Positions 20,434 through 30,920 of a DNA stretch of 64,000 bases are shown piece after piece. Origin of the DNA: an uncultured Bacilli bacterium (lineage in GTDB: Bacteria; Bacillota_I; Bacilli_A; RF39; UBA660); assembly GCA_934101275.1 (NCBI GenBank), contig CAKOQM010000001.1, positions 5,371 to 69,370 of the forward strand. Reading direction: 5' to 3'. Made by a program: the position numbers and the translations under genes. A model generated the notes under the pieces. That model was not told the DNA's origin. It worked only from the letters and a program-made list of their open reading frames with translations, and did no database searches. Each line of letters opens with the position of its first letter. Positions within the stretch are counted from its first letter, which is position 1.

Positions 20434-20758
20434 ATTTTAATACAGAACCAATATAAAATTTTAAACTCGTATTTTTAGGTAATTCTAAAATATGAGTTTT
20501 TTTAGGTTCATCACTTACTTTAACCACTTTGTTAGGAGGAACATCTCGGTAAATGTAAATGACTTGATTCGAATCATTTAAGCCAATAACATCAATGTTT
20601 TCTTTCATAAAAAAGGTATGAATCGCGTTACATTTAGGAAAAAGAATACCATAATTAATATTTGTCTTTCCCATAAGGCCTAAAAGCCGATCTTTAAATT
20701 TCACAGCTTTTTTGATTTCAATTTCTTTATTATTTAATTTAAGTTTCATGTTTATCAC
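20423..20758 (-). CDS. DUF192-family protein
   Basis: 111 aa; 'RLLGLMGKTNINYGILFPKCNAIHTFFMKENIDVIGLND' fits the DUF192 (COG1430) pattern. Confidence 0.6.
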   Translation of the reverse strand: MINMKLKLNNKEIEIKKAVKFKDRLLGLMGKTNINYGILFPKCNAIHTFFMKENIDVIGLNDSNQVIYIYRDVPPNKVVKVSDEPKKTHILELPKNTSLKFYIGSVLKFIP

Positions 20759-20859
20759 CTAATTTACTTTATGAGACATTTCTTTAAATATTCAAACTTG
20801 TTATCTCTTTTAAAATATTATATAATTTTTTTAGATAGAAAGTATACGGTGAATTTAAA

Positions 20860-21225
20860 ATGCAATTAAAAAAATATAAAGAAAAAAGATCTTCAAATAA
20901 AATCATTGGCTTATTTCTTATTTTGACAACTTTATTATTAGCAGGAATTTATTTATATACGTCCTTTGCTTATTATAGCGAAGAAAAAAAATTTGATGTT
21001 ATTAATGGTTCTGTTTCAGATCCAGGAGACATTTACTTTGCTTTTTATGTGGATGATAAAATAAGTAAGTCTATGCCAAAAGAAGAAGAAGGGTATCTTC
21101 TAGATTCTGGAAAATCAACCTGTACAAACGGTGCTACTCCTGAACTTAATTTAGAAACTTGGTCTATCTTGGTAAAGAATATGACTGTTTCTAAGACAAA
21201 ATGTACGCTTTATTTTAAAAAATAA
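20860..21225 (+). CDS. Small membrane-anchored protein, possible short member of the 13898/51679 family
   Basis: 121 aa; Lys-rich N-terminus, TM, 'TSFAYY' after the TM (compare GVSYALW, GISYAYL); promoter TTGTTA-17-TATAAT upstream. Confidence 0.5.
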   Translation: MQLKKYKEKRSSNKIIGLFLILTTLLLAGIYLYTSFAYYSEEKKFDVINGSVSDPGDIYFAFYVDDKISKSMPKEEEGYLLDSGKSTCTNGATPELNLETWSILVKNMTVSKTKCTLYFKK

Positions 21226-21396
21226 GTGACGAAAAGAGACTATAAAAGCAAAATAGGCTCTTTTTTTTGTGTAAATTTTTAATCTATAGAACTTGCCTTG
21301 TCTTATTGTTATTATACTTACACTTAATTATTGGCACTCATATATTGACAGTGCTAAATAAATGTGTTATAACTTTAAGTGTTGAAAGAAGGAATG

Positions 21397-23280
21397 GATA
21401 TGGCTAAAAAACAATTTAAAGCAGAATCAAAAAAATTAATGGATTTAATGATAAATTCAATTTATACAAATAAAGAAATTTTCTTAAGAGAAATCATTTC
21501 TAATGCCAGTGATGCGATTGATAAGCTTCATTATGAATCTCTTACTAATAAAGATATTAAGGTAGATACGAAAGGGTTTGAAATCTTTTTAAAAACGGAT
21601 AAAGAAAATCGCACATTAACTATTAGTGATAATGGGTGTGGTATGACCAAAGAAGAGTTAGAAACAAACTTAGGTACCATTGCTAAGAGTGGTTCTCTTG
21701 CTTTTAAAGAAGAAAAAGAACCTCAAAAAGATATTGATATTATTGGTCAATTTGGTGTTGGCTTTTACAGTGCTTTTATGGTTTCTTCTAAAATCGAAGT
21801 GATATCAAAAGCTTATGGTAGGGATGAAGCCTATAAATGGACAAGTGAAGGCATTGATGGGTATACCATCGAAAGTACTTCTAAAGAAACTTATGGTACC
21901 GATATTATTTTAACCTTAAAAGAGGATACGGAAGATGAAAAATATTCAGAATACTTAGAAGATTACCGTTTAAGAGGACTTATTAAAAAATATTCTGATT
22001 ATATTACTTACCCAATTAAGATGGAAATTACACACAGTCATTTAAAAGAAGGCACCGAAAATGAATATGAAACTCATACGGAAATAGAAACTTTAAATGA
22101 TCAAATTCCTTTATGGAAAAGGGATAAGAAAAAGATTAAAGAGGAAGATTATAATACCTTCTACAGTGATAAATTCATGGACTATGAAAAGCCTTTAAAA
22201 GTCATTCATACCAGTGCTGAAGGATTAGTAAGTTTTAACAGTTTACTTTTTATCCCAAGTCATGCACCTTATGATTTTTATACAAAAACATATGAAAAAG
22301 GATTACAACTTTATTCTAATGGGGTTTTAATCATGGAAAACTGTGCTGATTTACTTCCTGATTACTTTAGTTTTGTGAAAGGTGTCGTAGATTCTCCGGA
22401 TTTATCTTTGAATATTTCAAGAGAAATGCTTCAACAAGATAAAAATTTAAAACTTATTGCAAAGAATATTGAAACAAAAATTATTAAAGAATTAAGTACC
22501 ATGATGAAAGAGGATAAAGAAAATTATGAGAAATTCTTTAAAGCTTTCGGAGCTACGGTAAAATACGGCATTTATGCGGACTTTGGTATGCATAAAGACA
22601 AACTTCAAGATTTAATTATCTTTGCTTCTTCTTATGAAAATAAAATGACCTCTTTAAAAGATTATGTCTCAAGAATGAAAGACGGCCAAGAAGCTATTTA
22701 TTACGCTTGTGGGGAAACAACGGATAAGATCAAACTTATGCCTCAAGTAGAGCAAGTCAATGATAAAGGTTATGAGATCTTATATTGTACCGAATACGTT
22801 GATGAATTTACTTTCCAAAGCCTAAGAGAATATGAAGGTAAAAAGTTTGTCAATATTTGTAAAGAAGACTTAAATCTAGATACGGAAGAAGAAAAAGAAG
22901 AAATCAAAAAGATTAACGAAGAATGCAAAGATTTACTTGGCCTTATGAAAGGTGCTTTAACAGATATTTCGGATGTTAAATTTACGAATCGTTTGAAAAA
23001 TCATCCTGTTTGTTTAGTAAGTGAAGGTGATATTTCTATTGAAATGGAAAAAGTCATTAATGCTATGCCAACCGATGAAAAAATCAAAGCCAATAAAGTT
23101 TTAGAGATTAATGCAAATCATAAGATTGCCGATAAATTAAAACACTTATATGAAATTGATAAAGACGCTTTAAAAGATTATACAAAGATTTTATATGCCG
23201 AGGCTTGTCTTATTGAAGGACTTCCAGTAGAAAATCCAACAGAGCTTGCTAATCTTATTTGTGATAAATTGGCAAATTAA
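21397..23280 (+). CDS. htpG: Molecular chaperone HtpG (Hsp90)
   Basis: 'FLRELISNASDAIDKL' ATPase motif; start set at the ATG at 21397 behind RBS AAGAAGGA (ORF-track TTG at 21379). Confidence 0.9.
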   Translation, partial: DMAKKQFKAESKKLMDLMINSIYTNKEIFLREIISNASDAIDKLHYESLTNKDIKVDTKGFEIFLKTDKENRTLTISDNGCGMTKEELETNLGTIAKSGSLAFKEEKEPQKDIDIIGQFGVGFYSAFMVSSKIEVISKAYGRDEAYKWTSEGIDGYTIESTSKETYGTDIILTLKEDTEDEKYSEYLEDYRLRGLIKKYSDYITYPIKMEITHSHLKEGTENEYETHTEIETLNDQIPLWKRDKKKIKEEDYNTFYSDKFMDYEKPLKVIHTSAEGLVSFNSLLFIPSHAPYDFYTKTYEKGLQLYSNGVLIMENCADLLPDYFSFVKGVVDSPDLSLNISREMLQQDKNLKLIAKNIETKIIKELSTMMKEDKENYEKFFKAFGATVKYGIYADFGMHKDKLQDLIIFASSYENKMTSLKDYVSRMKDGQEAIYYACGETTDKIKLMPQVEQVNDKGYEILYCTEYVDEFTFQSLREYEGKKFVNICKEDLNLDTEEEKEEIKKINEECKDLLGLMKGALTDISDVKFTNRLKNHPVCLVSEGDISIEMEKVINAMPTDEKIKANKVLEINANHKIADKLKHLYEIDKDALKDYTKILYAEACLIEGLPVENPTELANLICDKLAN

Positions 23281-23282
23281 GG

Positions 23283-23312
23283 AAAATCAAGGGAAAACCT
23301 TGATTTTTCTTT
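23283..23312 (+). terminator. Rho-independent terminator after htpG
   Basis: aaaatcaagg-gaaaa-ccttgatttt followed by TC. Confidence 0.6.
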
Positions 23313-23359
23313 AACAAAATAGGTATTCCTATGTTATAATCTTTAGTACGGGTGGTAAG

Positions 23360-25900
23360 ATGAAACGTAGTGAAGTAAATTATGAAGAATTAAGTCCCAT
23401 GATGAAACAATATATGGACACAAAAAAGGAGTATGAAGAAGAACTTCTTTTCTATCGTATTGGTGATTTTTATGAACTTTTCTTTGAAGATGGTTTAACA
23501 GCCTCAAGAGAATTGGAACTTACATTAACTGGAAAAAATGCGGGTCTTAAAGAAAGAGTACCCATGTGCGGTGTTCCTTTTCATTCTGTTAAGCCTTATA
23601 TTGAGAAGTTGGTTAATAAGGGTTATAAGGTAGCCATTTGTGAGCAATTAGAAGATCCTAAAGACGCTAAAGGGATGGTAAAAAGGGGTGTTACCCAAGT
23701 TATTAGTAAAGGTACAGTTGTCGATTTAGAACTTTTAAATGAACATAATAACCATTATATCGCAAGTATTCTTGATTTTTCTTATATTTATACCCTTTGT
23801 TATGCCGATATATCAACAGGTAGTATATACGTTTCTATCTTGCCACATCAAAAAGACAAACTTTTAAGCACCATTTTAAATCTTGATATTTTAGAAGTCG
23901 TTGTAAAAAAAGATTTAGATTATGAACTTCAATCTACTTTAAAAGGAAACTATGGTATTGAACTTTCTTATGATGATGAACTTTTAAATAACGAATACGA
24001 AAGCGTATATGACTCTCTTGAAGAACCTCATTACATCGAAGCAATTAAGCATTTAATGCATTATTTAGTCGTTAAAGAATTAAAAGACCTTTCACATTTT
24101 AAACCTGCAGAGATTGTGATTCCTGATGATTATTTAATGATGGATGTTCATACGGTTCGTAATTTGGAGCTTGTTGAAACGCTCCGGCTAAAAGAAAGAA
24201 CGTATTCGCTTATTTGGCTTTTAGATAAAACTAAAACAAGTATGGGTTCGCGGAAATTAAAATTTTGGCTTATGAATCCTTTAAAAAAGAAAGATTTGAT
24301 TGAAGAACGTTATGATAAGATTGAAATTTTAAATCAAGAATTTATTTTAAAAGATGAGTTAAGAAGTGCCTTATATAATATTTATGATATCGAAAGACTT
24401 TGTGGTAAAGTTTCATGTGGTTCTTTAAATGCTCGGGACTTATTACAATTAAAACAAAGTTTAAAAGAACTTCCTAAAATAAAAGAAATTGTTCATAATC
24501 TTCATTTTGATATTAATATAGATACCCATGAAGATCTTTATAAGCTTTTAGAAGAAGCTATTTATGAAGATCCTCCGGTAACGGTTAAAGAAGGTTATTT
24601 AATCAAAGAAGGATATAATAAAGAGTTAGATGAATTAAAGCAAATTCGTAGTGGTGGTAAAGAATTTATCGCCAGTATTGAGAATAATTTAAAAGAAGAA
24701 ACGGGCATTAAAAATTTAAAAGTAGGTTTCAATAAAGTATTTGGATACTACATTGAAATTACCAAAGGTCAAATAAATAATGTCCCAGAAAGCCTTCATT
24801 GGGAAAGAAGACAAACCCTTACGGGCTGTGAACGTTATATTAGTCCTGAATTAAAAGAAAAAGAAGCTTTGATTTTAAATGCGGAAGAAAAAATCATTGA
24901 TTTGGAATATTGCCTATTTTGTGATATTAAAGAAACGATTAAAAAGCAAATCTTAAGTCTTACCGATACAGCTAATTTAATTGCTGAATTAGACGCGATT
25001 ACAGCCTTATCCGTGGATGCCGAAGAATTACATTTGGTAAGACCTACATTGAATGAAAATCATAAAATTGAAATTAAAAATGGTCGTCACCCTGTGATTG
25101 AAAAAGTAAGTAATAAAGAGTATGTCGCTAACGACTGTGTAATGGATGAATCCATAAACACCCTTTTAATTACCGGACCAAACATGAGTGGTAAATCCAC
25201 TTATATGCGACAATTAGCCATTATTTTAATCATGGCGCAGATGGGGTCTTTTGTCCCAGCCGCATCGGCTAACTTACCCATTGTTGATAAAATATTTACC
25301 CGAATTGGGGCCAGTGATGATTTAGTAAGTGGCGAATCTACCTTTATGGTGGAAATGAAAGAAGCTAAAAATGCGATTTGTAACGCGACCGAGGATAGTC
25401 TTATTTTGTTTGACGAATTAGGAAGAGGCACCGCGACTTATGATGGTATGAGTTTAGCTGAAAGCATTTTGTCTTATGTAGCTACTCATATTCGTTGTAA
25501 AACTCTTTTTTCAACCCATTATCATGAATTAACAGCCCTAGAAAGTAAAATCCCTTCTATTAAAAATGTTCATGTTAGTGCTGTGGAAGAAAACGGGAAT
25601 CTTATCTTCTTACATAAAATTAAAAATGGCGCGGTAGATAAAAGTTATGGTATTCACGTAGCTAAATTAGCGGGACTCCCTGAACAAATTATCAATGACG
25701 CCAATGAAATTTTGATTCAACACGAAAAGCAAACAAAAAAGAAAAAAAATGAAGAACAAATTCAATTTGTTATGGAGTTTCCGGAAGAAAAAGAAGATCC
25801 TGTTAAAGAAAAATTAAAAAATGTTGATATTTTACATATGACCCCTTTAGAAGCAATCAATTTTATTTATGAATTAAAAGAAGAATTAAATGACAAGTAG
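23360..25900 (+). CDS. mutS: DNA mismatch repair protein MutS
   Basis: 846 aa; Walker A 'GPNMSGKSTYMRQ', 'STHYHEL'; no mutL follows. Confidence 0.9.
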   Translation: MKRSEVNYEELSPMMKQYMDTKKEYEEELLFYRIGDFYELFFEDGLTASRELELTLTGKNAGLKERVPMCGVPFHSVKPYIEKLVNKGYKVAICEQLEDPKDAKGMVKRGVTQVISKGTVVDLELLNEHNNHYIASILDFSYIYTLCYADISTGSIYVSILPHQKDKLLSTILNLDILEVVVKKDLDYELQSTLKGNYGIELSYDDELLNNEYESVYDSLEEPHYIEAIKHLMHYLVVKELKDLSHFKPAEIVIPDDYLMMDVHTVRNLELVETLRLKERTYSLIWLLDKTKTSMGSRKLKFWLMNPLKKKDLIEERYDKIEILNQEFILKDELRSALYNIYDIERLCGKVSCGSLNARDLLQLKQSLKELPKIKEIVHNLHFDINIDTHEDLYKLLEEAIYEDPPVTVKEGYLIKEGYNKELDELKQIRSGGKEFIASIENNLKEETGIKNLKVGFNKVFGYYIEITKGQINNVPESLHWERRQTLTGCERYISPELKEKEALILNAEEKIIDLEYCLFCDIKETIKKQILSLTDTANLIAELDAITALSVDAEELHLVRPTLNENHKIEIKNGRHPVIEKVSNKEYVANDCVMDESINTLLITGPNMSGKSTYMRQLAIILIMAQMGSFVPAASANLPIVDKIFTRIGASDDLVSGESTFMVEMKEAKNAICNATEDSLILFDELGRGTATYDGMSLAESILSYVATHIRCKTLFSTHYHELTALESKIPSIKNVHVSAVEENGNLIFLHKIKNGAVDKSYGIHVAKLAGLPEQIINDANEILIQHEKQTKKKKNEEQIQFVMEFPEEKEDPVKEKLKNVDILHMTPLEAINFIYELKEELNDK

Positions 25901-25929
25901 TAAAATAGAATGTAGAAAGGTGATTATTA

Positions 25930-26526
25930 ATGAAAGACATTAAAATTTATCCTCCTAAATTTCTGGAAAATGAGGATAAAAAGAAACAAAATATTTTAGT
26001 AGCACGAGAAATACTTAATAAGATTATGCATGCTGGTGATTATGAGTCTGCCATGAATTCTTATATTGAATTATTCTATATCTGTGGAAAAAATAAAAAA
26101 AAATTAGAAGCTTTCTTAAATTTACCAATAAACACTTTCTTTTATATGCCTACACAAGATTATTTGATTAAAGATATGCCTATTATACAAGAGATAAGTA
26201 AAAACTTTAATCCCAAAAATATTTTACAGGTAGATGCTATCGTTGGCTTAGATGAAATAGGCAGAAACCCTAGAGAGCAAGCTATATATGAGCCTCAAGT
26301 TTTTTATCTTCCTTGTGAAGGTATGAAAGATGAAGAAATTCTTTATACCTATAAAGAAAAAAGAGATCTTTATAATCAGATTAATCATGCAATTATGATA
26401 AAAGATACTGACTTTTTAACAGAAAATATAGAATTCATTGAATCTATGCCTTGTTATCATTGGTGTCTTTCACATTTTAATTTAAAAAACAAACATTTTG
26501 TCTTGCAAAAAGAAAGAAAAGAATAA
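25930..26526 (+). CDS. Hypothetical protein
   Basis: 198 aa; no recognisable motif; terminator hairpin at 26530-26572. Confidence 0.45.
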   Translation: MKDIKIYPPKFLENEDKKKQNILVAREILNKIMHAGDYESAMNSYIELFYICGKNKKKLEAFLNLPINTFFYMPTQDYLIKDMPIIQEISKNFNPKNILQVDAIVGLDEIGRNPREQAIYEPQVFYLPCEGMKDEEILYTYKEKRDLYNQINHAIMIKDTDFLTENIEFIESMPCYHWCLSHFNLKNKHFVLQKERKE

Positions 26527-26750
26527 GAAAAAGCTGAATAGAAAGAAGTAAATTTCTTAACAGCTTTTTTATTTTAAATATTTTTCCATCCGTGATAAAG
26601 TAAGATTATCTTTCAATAAATCATCAATCATCTGTTCTAAAATTTTTTTTACAAACATAAGGCGAACTTTATATTGAGAAAACATACCAATATCAAAAAT
26701 GCTTGTCGCTGTTTGTTAAATAAACTTTTTTTGCAAATCATTTATGCGTT

Positions 26751-26940
26751 TTATCGCATCTTCATTAGATAAAAATTCATTTTTTTGATTCTAGAATTGT
26801 AAAATAGGATGAGAGTGATCGAAAAAAGGATAAATCTTTAATAACTTTTTTGCTGTATTTATAAATAATGCCATCTTTTCCTGAACCAATTATTTTTAAT
26901 TTGGCCAGTTCTTGTTTGGTAATTTCTAATTGAGGTTTCA
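26751..26940 (-). pseudogene. Truncated N-terminal remnant of the kinase-like gene next to it
   Basis: Minus-strand translation '...LEITKQELAKLKIIGSGKDGIIYKYSKKVIKDL...' then an early stop; 32-bp exact repeat (26885-26916 = 27727-27758) with the intact paralog; no start codon. Confidence 0.55.
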
Positions 26941-26958
26941 AAAACAACAATTCCTTTC

Positions 26959-27780
26959 TTAATATAAATGTTTTTTCATTCTTTCTAAAGTGAGTTCATT
27001 ATTCAAAAAATCGGTAATTAAAGGTTCTGGCAACCGATCAGCTAAAGTATAGCAAAGACGCTCATCTTCGGGATTAGCAATATATTCAGTGATATATTCT
27101 TGGGAAAGTAATTCAATAACCAAAACACCTAGTGAAAACTCTGTTATTTTTTGATATTTTTTATTTTTTATAGCGGAATAAATCGCTGAATGACCATCAA
27201 TATCAATAATTTGAGGATCTAAAAAAGATGTTAATAACACATTGGTGTTACGACTTTCACTTGTTGGATGTTGACATAAATCAATGTGATAAATATTATG
27301 ATCTAAAAGTTCTTGAACTTCCTCAAGAATTTTTTTAACAATTTTAAGACGTGCCCGATATACAGGGATATACATTGCATTATAAATATTGGAAGATGGG
27401 TGGTGATAATATAAAGAACAGCCTTTTAAATGACCATCCACATAAACTAACTTTTCTGGCAGTTTCGTTAAATGAATATCTTTTTGCTTTTCAATAGCTT
27501 TTAAAATAGACTCTTTACGATAAAGTTTAACACCTTCTTCGTCTATAAATTGAATCGTATTTTGTTGTCTTCTTTTCTTTTGATAATCTTTAATTGGTGT
27601 AATGTTGACACCATCTTTGTCAAAAAGCGTATTTTTAATAGATAATTGCATGCAATCGGAATAGGAATGATATATTTTTAAAAGTTCCTTATTATTATAC
27701 TTATAAATTGTTCCTTCAGAGCCCTGACCAATTATTTTTAATTTGGCCAGTTCTTGTTGACTTATTTCAATTTTATTCAT
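26959..27780 (-). CDS. Protein-kinase-like fold protein (putative small-molecule or protein kinase)
   Basis: 274 aa from the ATG at 27780 behind RBS AAGGAGTG; Gly-loop 'IGQGSEGTIYKY', Lys in 'LLKIY', catalytic-loop-like 'YHIDLCQH...NVLL', 'IIDIDGHS'. Confidence 0.55.
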   Translation of the reverse strand: MNKIEISQQELAKLKIIGQGSEGTIYKYNNKELLKIYHSYSDCMQLSIKNTLFDKDGVNITPIKDYQKKRRQQNTIQFIDEEGVKLYRKESILKAIEKQKDIHLTKLPEKLVYVDGHLKGCSLYYHHPSSNIYNAMYIPVYRARLKIVKKILEEVQELLDHNIYHIDLCQHPTSESRNTNVLLTSFLDPQIIDIDGHSAIYSAIKNKKYQKITEFSLGVLVIELLSQEYITEYIANPEDERLCYTLADRLPEPLITDFLNNELTLERMKKHLY

Positions 27781-27951
27781 TTTTTTCTCACTCCTTAGAT
27801 AGATATTATAAAAAAATAAAGCCAAAATCTCAAAAAATATAGATATCTATTTACATTTTGTTTACATATTTAAAATGTACAAGAAAGGACGGTTTTAACT
27901 AGTATCTTTCTTCTTTTTTTGGTAAAATAGTTAGGAATGAAGGTGATTTAG

Positions 27952-28347
27952 ATGCTTAATAGAAGTGAAGCACGTAAAATTTGTATGATTTGTTTATATC
28001 AGATTGATATTTTAAGACAAAACAAACTTCCTATTGATATAAAGGAAATTATAAAAGAAAATTTAGAAGTAGAGAATAATTTTGTAGAAAATGTTGTCAC
28101 AGGTGTCACGGATCATTTAGAAGAATTAGATGATTTATGTAACACTTATTTAACCAATTGGAAAATTAATCGTTTAGATAAAACTGGAGCAAATATTTTG
28201 AGAATGGCTTTTTATGAATTAAAATATATGGATACACCTTCTATCGTTGTGATAAATGAAGCGGTAGAACTTGCTAAAACCTATACGGATAAAGAACTTG
28301 CCAACATGATAAATGCATCCTTAGACAAGTACATAAAGGAATTATAA
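27952..28347 (+). CDS. nusB: Transcription antitermination factor NusB
   Basis: 131 aa; 'RSEARKICMICLYQIDI' NusB N-terminal signature. Confidence 0.85.
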   Translation: MLNRSEARKICMICLYQIDILRQNKLPIDIKEIIKENLEVENNFVENVVTGVTDHLEELDDLCNTYLTNWKINRLDKTGANILRMAFYELKYMDTPSIVVINEAVELAKTYTDKELANMINASLDKYIKEL

Positions 28348-29357
28348 TGAAAGTCCAAAATGGTATTGTCACACTAAAAAGTATTGTTCCAGATTGGCGT
28401 AAAGCTATAAAAAATAATACCGTTATTCCTAACGATTTATGCGGCGGGTTTTATGATGGGTATTGGTTAAATGATATTGAGGGTGAAAATTATTTTTTCA
28501 AAATATCTAAAAAAAAAGGTTTTTCCAAAGAACTTTTTAATCAAATTTTAGGTGAAGAACTTGCCAGAATGGTTGGTATTGAAACCGTTCATTCTAAAGT
28601 AGTTGATGTTGGTAATCATTTTTATGGTTTATTATCTTTTAATTATATAAAATACAATGATGAAGTTTTCTCTGGTAAAAGCATAGTTTTACAATATTTA
28701 CATCATCTTTATAAGGATAATCTTTTAGAACTTTGGTTAGATAGTCGTTTAACAAAGGAAGAAAAAGCTGCTTTTGAAAACGAAAATTTAGATGAAATGA
28801 TGCAGGTATTAAATTCTCATAATCTTAATTGCAATTCTTTAAATTTTATTTGGGATGCCCTTTATTATCATTTTAAAGATTTTTCTCAAGGAAATTTAAT
28901 TACAGAAAAAATCATTAAGAATTTGACTCAACGTTACATTTTTTCCTTTTTTATCATGAACAAAGATTTTCATTTAAAAAATTGGGAAGTACTCGATATC
29001 CATCAAAATTACCGTTTATCTCCTTTATATGACATTGATCTTAGTTTTGATAAATCTTTTTCTGATTTAAACAAAAATAATTCTTTGCAATCTTATGAAA
29101 CGGATATTGCAAGTATTTATGAAGATTTCGAAAGATATTTTTATTCTTCAGCTGAAAGTTTTAGAGTAGAAGTCTATCATCAAAAAGAAGTGCTAAAACC
29201 TGAAAATGTCCAAGCTGCTTTAGATAACATTTTAAGTATTTATCAAGATCCTAAATTAAATTCATATGCCGATGCAATTATGACAAATTATGTTTCACAT
29301 TACGAGCAAATAAACGCTATAACAAAGGAACGTACATTATGGCAGACAAATACTTAA
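28347..29357 (+). CDS. HipA-like Ser/Thr kinase domain protein
   Basis: 336 aa; 'NKDFHLKNWEVL' (HipA D-x-H-x-KN catalytic motif) and 'LSPLYDIDLS' (HipA L-x-P-x-YD motif); start overlaps the nusB stop (ATAATGA) and its end overlaps the xseA start. Confidence 0.6.
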   Translation: MKVQNGIVTLKSIVPDWRKAIKNNTVIPNDLCGGFYDGYWLNDIEGENYFFKISKKKGFSKELFNQILGEELARMVGIETVHSKVVDVGNHFYGLLSFNYIKYNDEVFSGKSIVLQYLHHLYKDNLLELWLDSRLTKEEKAAFENENLDEMMQVLNSHNLNCNSLNFIWDALYYHFKDFSQGNLITEKIIKNLTQRYIFSFFIMNKDFHLKNWEVLDIHQNYRLSPLYDIDLSFDKSFSDLNKNNSLQSYETDIASIYEDFERYFYSSAESFRVEVYHQKEVLKPENVQAALDNILSIYQDPKLNSYADAIMTNYVSHYEQINAITKERTLWQTNT

Positions 29358-30685
29358 CTATCGCGGCTATCAATAGCTATATAAAAAATTTGTTTGATTC
29401 CAATACTTTTTTAAACAAAGTATATTTAAAAGGTGAAATTAGTAATTTTAAAAATCATTCTTCAGGACATCTTTATTTAACCTTAAAAGATGAAAATTCG
29501 AGAATAAGTGCTATTATGTTTAAAAGTGCCGCGAGTCATTTAACGTTTAAACCGGAAGATGGGATGAATGTTTTAGTTGAAGGAAGAATTGCTGTATATC
29601 CTGCGGGGGGTAATTATCAAATTTATATTGAAAAAATGCAACCTGATGGCCTTGGCAATTTATATGTCGAATTTGAAAGACTAAAAAAGAAGTTAGCTAG
29701 CGAAGGCCTTTTTGATCCAAAATATAAAAAAGAAATTCCTAAGTTTCCAACTAGAATTGGTATTATCACAGCCCCAACAGGAGCAGCGATTAAAGATATA
29801 TTAAGTACTTTAAAACGAAGATTTCCTTATGCGAAAACGCTTCTTTTTCCGTCTTTAGTACAAGGGACTTCTGCAGCTAATGATATTGCTCAAAATATTT
29901 TTAAAGCCAACCATTATCGTTTAGATGTTTTAATCGTTGGCCGTGGTGGCGGTTCCATTGAAGACTTATGGGCTTTTAATGAAGAAGTTGTAGCAAGAGC
30001 GATTTTTGCCTCTTCTATACCTATTATTAGTGCTGTGGGTCACGAGGTTGACTTTACTATTTCGGATTACGTCGCGGATAGACGTGCTCCCACACCAACA
30101 GGTGCCGCCGAGATGGCTGTGCCAACAAAAGAAGAAGTTAAAACAATTTTTTGTCAAAAAGAAGAACAAATAAAGCGCTTATTTTCTTCACGCCTAGAAC
30201 AAGCAAGCCATCGTTTAAATATTTTAAAAAATCATTATGTATTAAAGAATCCAAAAGTTTTATATGAAATGAAAATGCAACATTTAGATAACTTAACGGA
30301 TACTTTGCAAAAAAATTATATATATTATTTAAGTCTCAAACAAGCCTCACTTAATAAATATAAAACTCATTATATTTTAAATAATCCAACTATTTTATAT
30401 CAGGCTTCAAAAGAAAAATATATAGCTTTAAATGAAAAATTGCAAAAAGAAATAAAAAGTTATTTACAAGATAAAAAACAAAAACTTTATTATACAATAC
30501 AAAATTTAAAACTGTTAAATCCGTTAAATATTTTAGAACAAGGTTATGCGATTGTCAAAAAAGAAGACAAAATAATTACCGATATCAAAAATATTAACAA
30601 AGAAGATACATTGAGTGTTACCTTAAATAAAGGAACGTTAAAAGTAAAAGTAAAGGAGATTAATTATGAAAGAAATGACATTTGA
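29339..30685 (+). CDS. xseA: Exodeoxyribonuclease VII large subunit
   Basis: 448 aa; N-terminal OB-fold, 'RGGGSIEDLWAFNEE' core, coiled-coil C-terminus. Confidence 0.9.
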   Translation: MADKYLTIAAINSYIKNLFDSNTFLNKVYLKGEISNFKNHSSGHLYLTLKDENSRISAIMFKSAASHLTFKPEDGMNVLVEGRIAVYPAGGNYQIYIEKMQPDGLGNLYVEFERLKKKLASEGLFDPKYKKEIPKFPTRIGIITAPTGAAIKDILSTLKRRFPYAKTLLFPSLVQGTSAANDIAQNIFKANHYRLDVLIVGRGGGSIEDLWAFNEEVVARAIFASSIPIISAVGHEVDFTISDYVADRRAPTPTGAAEMAVPTKEEVKTIFCQKEEQIKRLFSSRLEQASHRLNILKNHYVLKNPKVLYEMKMQHLDNLTDTLQKNYIYYLSLKQASLNKYKTHYILNNPTILYQASKEKYIALNEKLQKEIKSYLQDKKQKLYYTIQNLKLLNPLNILEQGYAIVKKEDKIITDIKNINKEDTLSVTLNKGTLKVKVKEINYERNDI

Positions 30686-30920
30686 AAACGCTTTAAATAA
30701 TCTAGAAACGATTATTAAAGATCTAGAAAATGGTAATATACCATTAGAAGATGCTATCAGTAAATATACCGACGCGATGAATTTAGTTAAAGTGTGTCAA
30801 GAAAAATTAGATAATGCTACAGAACAAGTGAATAAAATTATTGGCGAAAATGGGGAAGTACAAGACTTTTTAATGAAAGAAGAGGATGCAAATGACAAAA
30901 CTAGTAACGAAGATAACTGA
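30666..30920 (+). CDS. xseB: Exodeoxyribonuclease VII small subunit
   Basis: 84 aa; 'FENALNNLETIIKDLENGNIPLEDAI'; overlaps xseA. Confidence 0.85.
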   Translation: MKEMTFENALNNLETIIKDLENGNIPLEDAISKYTDAMNLVKVCQEKLDNATEQVNKIIGENGEVQDFLMKEEDANDKTSNEDN

